From: Ramazzottius varieornatus
Taxonomy: Eukaryota; Animalia; Tardigrada
Reading direction: 5' to 3'
DNA: 64,000 nucleotides
NCBI GenBank assembly: GCA_001949185.1
Contig: BDGG01000002.1
Location: 620,001 to 684,000, forward strand
The translations under genes and the position numbers were made by a program. Every line of letters starts with the position of its first letter. Position 1 is the stretch's first letter. Below the pieces are notes generated by a model. It was given only the letters and a program-made list of their open reading frames with translations. It had not been told where the DNA came from and made no database searches. Shown here piece after piece: positions 55,576 through 64,000 of this stretch.

Positions 55576-57808
55576 ATGGCAGCAATATCTTTTATTATCG
55601 CAACGGCGTGCTGTTTCGCTGGCATCTGTGGACAGGAAGACATCGGTGAGAACCCTGATGAATACGGAGTTTCCGGTTCAATACTTGCGATATTTTCTGT
55701 CCGTAGAGTTTAGTCTTCGAGCTCAAGGACTGAGCGGGAATAACGCCGACATCGGTCATGTTGCTGGACTGAAATTCATGCAGCAGCAGTCGACGGCGAG
55801 TATGAAGCAGCAATCCAGCTCTGTGAAGTCCATAAAAACACACAAAATCGCGGAGGCCGTTACGGAAGTGAAACCATTGTCCAAGCTTAAGTTCGTCCCT
55901 TTTGTGAAGAATATTGCAGAACCTAAAGTGCAGCTGAGCGGCAACACTGGCCGCCTACCGCCTTTCAGTTTCTTCACGCCCAGCTCGCAGCGACGCAGTG
56001 ACATCTGTGGAGTACCCCGCGCCGGCACCATCTTTGATTTCTACCGTACTAAAGGGAGGAAGATCGAACTGGCACCCTTAGCCGGGAATGAATGTAGGTG
56101 TTCGCTTCACGATCAAAACCTGTTTGAAGTGCGGAAATAGTCTCGACGAGCTTGTTTTCCGAAGTGGCGCAATCTTTTAACAATGGACACTAAAAACGTG
56201 CACCACTTGGAGAAGTAAGTTCGATATGATTCGAGTTTCCAAGTGGCGCACGCTTCCAGCCATGAACACTATAAAAATGCGCCACTTGAGAGTCATCTTG
56301 TTGAGTTCTTTACCATTGCAGCGACCCGTGTTTCCGGAATTACGGCTGGAATCGCAATGGAGGAAACGAACAAACTCATCGATGCGTTCATGAAGAATAT
56401 CAACGAAAGTAGCGTACCTCAACGCATTCTTCCTCGGCGCAAACGACAGACTTCGCCGGATATTCCAACACTAAACAAAACTCACCGTTTGTTAAACACG
56501 CCATTTCTAACCATTGTCGGAGGCTCGGATGCTGTACCCAACCAAATTTGCTGGCAGGTAAGCTTCGCCTCCTTCTTGAAGTTCCCTATCAAGAAATTTC
56601 GGAACTAAGATAAATTCGTCCATTTGTGCGACAGGCAAAACTCACCATCGAGTTTCCGGGTATGGGTTCCGCGAGCTGTGGTGGAGTAATCATCGGTCGT
56701 CGTACCATCTTAACAGCCGCGCACTGCACGTTGAATCCCATGAACGGGTAGGTCATGGCCGTTCATTACCCGGAGCAAACTTTCGATTAATATCCGTATT
56801 GAAAGGGTCTGCTGGTTGCAGGAATGCAAAGGAACAGATCAAGCCTAACCGTGTGTTTGTCCAAATTGGCGCAATGGTTAGGGACTTTGACCAGTTTAAC
56901 CCGGGCTTGGACAGTACGGGCTGTGCAGAGAATATGGCGGTCTCTCGAGTGGTCACACATCCCAACTACGACCAGCAAACCGGGGATAACGATATTGGTA
57001 TAATGGTCCTCAGCAGGAACATCGAATTCAGCAAGAGGAACTGTGCCTGTACCATCTGTCTTCGCGACCAGTCTCCCAGTGTCGGGGATGTATGTGTGGT
57101 CAGCGGCACCGGAGACGAAGGTGACGGAGGCACAGGTAACGAACCTACTTTCCACAGAACGCCATCTCGGTTGCAGGAAAACGAAATCCAAAGCTTCTGA
57201 AAATATATCCCATCCATCAGTAAAATATCGTTAGACTAATTCACAAGGGGGAGTTTGGCAAATAAACTCGACAAGGTCGTTTTGCCAAGTGGAGCACGTC
57301 TCCAGCCGAAACCACTGAAAGCGTGCGCCAGTTGGAAAAAACAATCGTGCCAAGTCCCGATTCAATGTTGATCGAGTTAGACTGTCGATGACATTGCATA
57401 AACTGAATGGGTGGTGAGAAAGTCAACGATCGTTGGTTAGCGACATGTCCCTTTTCTACGGTGTTCTCTTTGTCTGTAGGCAACAGGTTTCCGGTGCCCT
57501 TGAAATTTGTGCGGGTCGCCGTTCTGCAACAGACTACCAGTGGACACTGCGCTTTCAGTCGAGCTCCCGATGGTCGCACCACCAACCTGGATAACTTCAT
57601 CTGTGCTGGGGATGTTGTCGGAGAGGACTCGTGCCAAGGAGACTCTGGTGGACCGCTGTTTTGTCTGGACAAGAGTACGCAATCCTTCTACGCTGCCGGT
57701 GTCGTATCGTTCGGAGACGGATGTGCGGCAGGGATCGGTGGACAGTACACTAAGGTACAAAGATATTTAACGTGGATAAAAGAAAACGCTTTCCCCGATG
57801 TGCTGTGA
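55576..57808 (+). CDS. Secreted S1A trypsin-like serine protease with a long pro-region (about 482 aa)
   Basis: Exons 55576-55645 (signal peptide), 55707-56093, 56322-56557, 56635-56747, 56822-57135 and 57480-57808. Motifs IVGG, TAAHC, NDIGI and [10 protein letters not shown] (Asp189). Confidence 0.92.
56140..56306. repeat. CAAGTGGCGC modular hairpin repeat, 2 units (protease intron 2)
   Basis: Units at 56161 and 56240, both with 25-nt loops. Confidence 0.85.
57253..57355. repeat. CAAGTGGCGC modular hairpin repeat, 1 unit (protease intron 5)
   Basis: TTGGCAAATAAACTCGACAAG...CAAGTGGAGCAC-N25-GTGCGCCAGTTG. Confidence 0.8.
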
Positions 57809-58500
57809 TCTGTTTCACTACGAGTATCAAGCTCTATTTTATTCGCTGGTGTCATTTTGCGCCAACAGTCTCCAAATTATTTTCCGCCGATTTTCTGAGA
57901 TATTTCTGATGTCGGTGAGATACGTCATTACTGAATGGCAGCTCCTTACTTTGCCTTTTAATATAAAAATAGTTTCACCTGCGTCATTTTCAATACTGTT
58001 GATTAACGATAAACTTGATGACTATGACAAAGGGTTTCAAGATAATTGTAACGTGACGTAAAAATGCGTACAGTTGGAATGCAGGCGGACAAGCTTTGGA
58101 GGGCGTTTTTTCCAGCGATGAACGTCAAATCATTTTGGCGTTAGTTTCATTCAACTCGCCTAGTCTACGGCCGGAGCAGTAAAGGCTTATATTGCTGCAG
58201 CAAATAAGTCATACAGGGTAGGCTACTTGACTGTGAACGTTACGTGATTTCGAGTTTGCAGTACAATGATCGATATAACGTACAGCGTGCTCGTGGGTTT
58301 CTTCGCCGTCGGTAGATTATTCTAACCTCGCCCATGCGGCGAATACAGACAGTCAGATTGAGAACACCGCACGGCTAAAAATATCTCTTGCAGGCTGACG
58401 TCTGCGCACAAAGTATTCGATCTCTTGTTTTCTCGTCTTCATTAGTCGCGCAGGTTCAAGAATTTGCTCGATCGTAAACTTCTTTCTATAATTTTTTGAG

Positions 58501-60389
58501 ATGGCACCGAAAGCCAAGGTAGTCAAATGCGCCAGCTGCAGCTTGAAGATCGACAAGAAAGAGGTAAGTCACAATATGTCCCTCTCCGAGCAGACTTTTC
58601 AAATTTTTTCGGAACTCGGCAAACAAACTCGACGAGAAATTGTTGAGTGACGCACATTGGCAGTGTTTTAGGCTGGATGTCTGCGCCACTTGGAAAGCGA
58701 TTGTGGCGAGTTTGATTGCTATCCCGAGTGGTGCACTTTTTCAGTGGAATTGACTTGAAGCGTGCGCCACTCGATCAAGTGGATCTCAATGAGATTTTGC
58801 CGAGCTGCGACTCGTGCTGTAGTTTTAATGACGAATCGTTTCCAGCCGACGGTGGAAGCATTGGGGAAGAAATTTCACAAGGCCTGTTTCACTTGCACAA
58901 ACTGCACCAAGACAATCGAGGGTGATTTCCATCCTGTCGGCGATAAGCCATTTTGCAATGACTGCTTCCTGCAAACCAAGGCTCCTCGATGCAACGAATG
59001 CCACGAACCCATCAGCGGAACCATCATGTCGACCAATGAAGGCCAAAACTATCACAAAGCATGCTTTGATCGCCTGTCATTAGGCACATGTGCCGACTGC
59101 AAGACTACGATCGGCTTCACAGACGTAAGCCCTATCTTCACCGTCTGGCATCACCATGACGTCAAAAGAGTACGTTTCTAACTTAGGCTGTAATCGAAGC
59201 ACTGGGGAACAGATATCACGAACGCTGCTTCCGCTGCTCGTCGTGTGGGGGACCAGTGCCGGCTCAGTTCCGGGCCGAGAATGGCCGCGCATTTTGCGAT
59301 AAGTGCTATCAACAGTACAAGGAAGGACGGAGTGGCCCAGATGTCTGCGATGAATGCACTCAACCCATCGTCAAAGGAGGGAAGGTGGAGGTCCCCAGTT
59401 TGGGCAGGACCTTCCATGATGAGTGCTTCAACCAAGCCGCGTGGGACCAGTGTGCTACGTGCTCGTCAAAAGTTCTGCTGACTCAGGTTAAAGCTAACTT
59501 TCCTCAGTGTCGTTCCCACCGTTGTAAAAAAAGCCGGTGGCTGCTTTGAAATCAGGATTAATATTCAGTTGCCAACAAGATCGTTTTGTCAAGCAGCGCA
59601 CCCCTCCAGCCAGTAACAATAGAAACGTGCGCCACCTCGAGCAAGCAAGTCTGTTCAGTTGTATGCTGAGCTCGCATTTTACGCTACTGTTCTAACATAA
59701 GGAAAGAAAATATTAATCTTTATCCCAAAACTGTAAATCAATCCTCGATTGCGGATTTATTTAAATACCAACCTCTTGTAAAGGGAAGCCGACGACCTTT
59801 TGGAAGCTGAGCAAATTTTCCCGTTTTCCCTACGATTTTCCCATTTTTGTAGGACTTAGTGGGTTTCTCGGCAGATATTTCTTCTTTGATGGTTTCAGGG
59901 CCGGACGGGCTTTTCAAGTCTGTAATTGTGTGTGTTGTTCATTTTACAGCCTTCCGTCAAAGTGTCAAAGCTGAACCGGTTTTGGCACTTGGGCTGCTTG
60001 AACTGCGGCGACTGCAACACCAACATTCGCATCCAGCCATTCTACATGGCGGCTCAGAAGAGTTCACCCTGCTGCGAGGGATGCTATTTGGGTCATGTGG
60101 CCCCCAAGTGCACGGCCTGTGCCAAGGCCATCGCCGATGACCAAGTGCTCGCTCTGCAACAGTTCTGGCATCCCGAATGCTTTGTTTGCGCGGTAAATAT
60201 TTGACGACATGCAATCTTCGTAGCGTAAACTCTTTGCCGCGTTAATGCCTTGATGAAGAGCGATTGTTTATTTATCTTCAGGTTTGCTCCGATGTCCTCT
60301 GTAAAATGAGCAATGAATTTTATAACGTCGAAGGAAAACCATACTGCCTCAAAGATGTCCAAGCAGCTCACATTGAGGTCGCCAACTGA
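58501..60389 (+). CDS. LIM-only protein with 4 full LIM domains and 2 interspersed half-LIM fingers (about 330 aa)
   Basis: Exons 58501-58563, 58846-59124, 59187-59486, 59950-60192 and 60282-60389, all phase 0. Repeated CxxC...HxxCxxCxxC...CxxC/D. Confidence 0.9.
58614..58806. repeat. CAAGTGGCGC modular hairpin repeat, 2 units, reverse orientation (LIM1 intron 1)
   Basis: Caps CTCGGCAAACAAACTCGAC / TTTGCCGAGC. Linker GAGTTTGATTGCT is reversed. Confidence 0.82.
59570..59672. repeat. CAAGTGGCGC modular hairpin repeat, 1 unit (LIM1 intron 3)
   Basis: CAAGCAGCGCAC-N25-GTGCGCCACCTC. Confidence 0.72.
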
Positions 60390-61403
60390 GAACAGAACTC
60401 AATTCTCAAAATTTGGAACAGACCCATAACCGGCTGTTTTCTTCGGAGACCTCGTTTTGTTTAACCACTGTTTCATGTTATTCTAGCGCCTTCCTTTCGA
60501 GTGCATTTCGAAAACCGTATACTCTCCTGCTGCGCAAGTAATAGCCAGAGTCCTCGATACAACAGCTGCGGCTTTATTTTCTCCCCGTGATATTTCCGTT
60601 TCTCCTTCTTTTGTTCTGTTTGCGTTGTTCCCGCTCTGTGTTTTAATTTATAACCGTGTCCATGGCTGGAAATTTACGATGTAACAGTTCGCTATCGGTA
60701 AATGTGTTGCTGATCCTGTTTTTCCGGTGATGATTGGGTTTCCCATCAGCCAGTAATCTCAGGTCAGCGCTGCAGATACCTGCCGGTTAATATTCTTGAA
60801 GCGAAGTAGGAAAGCGACACGTGTTATTGTACACTTAGGAAATTCAGCGTAGTGTGGTACGACTGTAAGGAAATGCAGGTTTACGGCTTTCTGATCGATT
60901 GCGACGAGCAACCTTCCCTACCGAGGCCTAGACACCGGAAATCGCTCTCACGAACGCCAATGCAGCTTACAACTGTTCGCGGATTAAAGACTCTTGTAAA
61001 ATCGAGGCGCTGAGGGAAAAAAAGCGTTTGTCTGCGAGAAAAAGTGAATATTTTGCTTGATGGTGGTCTTGTTTAGTTATTGATTTGATGGGCCAAAACA
61101 CACCTCCGTTATCTGCGTCAATGCCAACTTTTGCACAGTCTATTCTGGTCCGTTAACATTCTTCCGACCACTTTCCCGCTGACTCAACTTCTCCTGGGTA
61201 AATTTATCACTGCGAACATCAGCTGAACGGTGACAGCTGCTGTAGACCGATTTCCGCCATTGACTTGCAACAGTGTACTGTTAGAAAATACTGTTTGACT
61301 ACAGTCTACAGAATAGCGTTATTGCAGTTTATCGCTGTACTTCGCCAGCTTCGATCAGCCGAGCTTCTCGTCATCCCTGCAATTCCTTCTACTGTCCAGT
61401 ACA

Positions 61404-62322
61404 ATGGCCGAACCCGTCGGACCTTGCGCCGGATGCAGTGAGCCCATCTTCCGCGATCAGGTACGAGAAGAAAAGCTTGAGAAACGAAGTCGTTCTTTTT
61501 ACAAACACATCAACTTTCCAAAACGAGGGAAATTGATTTGAATTCCAAACCATTATTATTTGCGGCTGGCCAATTAGAGTTCTGTTTTGCCATCCACTCT
61601 TGCTTTTTTCTACTACACTTTTGCAAATTGGAAGCTGGGTAGGCACATTGGACAAGGTCATCTTTCCAAGTGGCGCATGGGGAGGGTGTCATTGTCCAGA
61701 AGAGCGCGCCTCTTGCGGAAACGGTCTTGCCGGCCTTGTTTATAATTTGCGGTAAATCGATGAAGCCTTCAGGTGAGCCTTTGGCGATGGTGATTGATGG
61801 AACGTTGGTCCGGCAGGCATTGGTGTCATGTTTACTTTGCGGCTTTTATAGGATCATTTAGCGGTGAGAGACCTGGGCCGACTGTACCACATCAACTGCC
61901 TGAACTGTACAAACTGCCGCGACAACCTGCGCGGACCGTTCAGTCTGTGGGAGTACCAGGATCCCCTCTGTGATCGATGTCTGGAAGAGCGTTCGCCACG
62001 TTGCGAGGAGTGCCACAACCCCGTGTCGGACATGAAAGTGCGCACCAAATTTGGCTACTTTCACCCTGACTGCTTCGTTTGCACGGTACGGCAAATCATC
62101 AGTCTAACTTTCCAAAGATTGTGTCTGTTGCTGGAGAGTAAGTCGTAAGCTTGGGATTTTTTCCAGGCCTGTAAGTTCCCCTTCATCAATGATCAGGAAA
62201 AGACCTACTACAATGTTGATGGACGCCCATTTTGCCATCGAGACGCCATGGAAGAGGTTAACCGCCCAGTGGCGCCATCTGGACACCAGTTTCAGGAGAC
62301 CCATGTGCGAGAAGGCTTTTAA
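61404..62322 (+). CDS. Two-LIM-domain protein (about 148 aa)
   Basis: Exons 61404-61460, 61852-62085 and 62167-62322. CAGC...HINCLNCTNC...CDRC and CEEC...HPDCFVCTAC...CHRD. Confidence 0.88.
61640..61750. repeat. CAAGTGGCGC modular hairpin repeat, 1 unit (LIM2 intron 1)
   Basis: CAAGTGGCGCAT...GCGCGCCTCTTG. Confidence 0.7.
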
Positions 62323-62529
62323 TCCTGTTTCCCGTATGCACACATCAGATGATATACTTACACGTCGATGGTCCAGATTCGCCTTACGTAGAACAAAAAG
62401 TTTTTCTTCGAAAAGAGTGCCATATGAACTAGGAGCATTTTAGGCATGCATGACGTCCTTTTGCATTATGCATATATACCAGTTCAGTACGCGGTTCGTC
62501 GCTGAGGACGATATAGAAAGACGTTGACG

Positions 62530-62636
62530 ACCTAGGCAAGGTGGTTTCTTTTTTAAAGGGCCGCATGCCTCCAGCCAATGATACTGCAACATGCGCCGGT
62601 TAGGAAAAACTTTTGTCAAGTAAGCTCGCCGAGCTT
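62530..62636. repeat. CAAGTGGCGC modular hairpin repeat, 1 degenerate unit (about 210 bp after the LIM2 stop)
   Basis: Loop GCCTCCAGCCAATGATACTGCAAC matches the family loop consensus. 3' cap CTCGCCGAGC. Confidence 0.6.
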
Positions 62637-63847
62637 CCGTTCATTTATCAACTGTCATCTTAATTTATCCTAACTTTGATCTACGTATGGAACGGTTTCT
62701 CCCGTGATAGCTATACTCCACACTGACTTCCCACATTCGTTGAATCCGCGTAACGTAGTGATTAGTCGATCTGTTGTTGTGTCGTATAACGATTTGTCAG
62801 TTTTGATTTGATATGGCAGATTTCTTTGCCGAGTTTGATTGAGTACATACCCTGTATGCATTCGTAGTAAACCGTCGGTCGTTCCGGAACTGAAAAACTA
62901 GGTGGAGTCAACCACTTCCGTTTGATACAATCAAACTAAACGCGATTCATGTGTCCCATTATCGGAAGCTGGATGCAACAAGGAAGTGTATTTACCAAGG
63001 CTAAATTGGGCAAAATGCGTTTGTTAGAACAATCAATTCTCGCCTCCTGTTTGACATATCCAGATCATTCATCCACTTTGATGCTATCATACTATATAAC
63101 GCACAATCTGCCAGTACACGACGTTGCCTGAAATTCGAGGTCACTCGAATAATACAGAAAGGTTGCTTGGGGGCAATACTCTTTGCTCAGCTCAGATTCG
63201 ACCTTGTGCAATCGACGAGAGTATGAGGTGGAGGCCTTTAATAGCATAATCTTCTGTTCTTGAAAAGACCGCAGTATCACGCTCTAATAAGATGTAGAGG
63301 AAGGTTCAGATTGACTAAAGGTCAAGCTTGGCTGAAGGGGAACATTCCCAAAATAAACAAAGGCGGAATTACGATCAGCGTTCGCTGACGTCGGTGAATG
63401 TACGAAGGGTGTGTCGTGGGAGGCATCGATTGAATTAGGGACAGACCGTATTAGTTGATTTAATACAGAGTGTCGTACATCGGATTATGGCTCCACCTGC
63501 AATCCTTGGGGACAAACCGGCCCCAGGGGAACCGAAATTATTTGTTCGTTTATTCAGCCAGCATGATCTTGCTTCCGGCTCTCGCGACATCGGTTATAAA
63601 GACAGGGACTGCGGACTCGTTTCAGTCCCACCTGTCCCTCCTCCTTCCAGACTATGATGCGTGATCTTCACCTTCGCTAGCATCGGAGGTGACAACACCT
63701 TCATTTTGGAAACCTTTCACGACAGGTTGTATTTGGGCTTCAGTCAGCGGGCGGCTGAGGTCCATTGCGAGTTGCCGGTTAATCTTCAACCGAGGAAGGA
63801 AAGAGTTGGCCGATTGCCATCTACACTGGGGAACCTCGGAGTGCGCC

Positions 63848-63949
63848 ATGAAGGACTTTGCTTTGTGCAGCGCGGCATTGTTCATCCTCTGCGCCATTGC
63901 TCAGTGCATTCTTTCTACGGAAGGCATTACGCCCGCAACGTACATCCAG
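63848..63949 (+). CDS. Probable first coding exon of a secreted protein that continues beyond the window
   Basis: GCCATG context, signal-peptide-like MKDFALCSAALFILCAIAQCILSTEG, and a donor CAG|GTTAGT at 63950. Confidence 0.55.
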
Positions 63950-64000
63950 GTTAGTGCGACCACGGGTTTCATCAGTAGTTTGCCTATCAGGACGTCATGA

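Overview
This is eukaryotic (invertebrate animal) genomic DNA with short spliceosomal introns; the species cannot be identified from the sequence alone. I reconstructed eight apparently intact host genes exon by exon: two tandem TRH-type neuropeptide GPCRs (19516-22891, 24200-26466), a secreted two-Kazal-like protein (27060-28247, minus), a FoxO transcription factor (37407-39594), a flavin amine/polyamine oxidase (52897-55032), a trypsin-like protease (55576-57808) and two LIM-only genes (58501-60389, 61404-62322). There are also three pseudogenes (Kazal paralog, serpin, oxidase) and the first exon of a secreted protein at the right edge. About 1-16 kb and 31-52 kb are rich in defective DNA transposons: pogo/Tigger, mariner, a Tc4/Tc5-like element inside the serpin, two PIF/Harbinger copies, hAT elements and many foldback MITEs, including a nested stack inside the oxidase pseudogene. 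The most notable unexplained structure is a modular palindromic repeat: 12-bp arms CAAGTGGCGCAC...GTGCGCCACTTG around a loop that is nearly always 25 nt, in arrays of 1-3 units with a period of about 80 bp. It occurs at 14 loci, 11 in coding-region introns, and I saw none in the transposon-rich intergenic DNA. All coordinates and alignments were read by eye.
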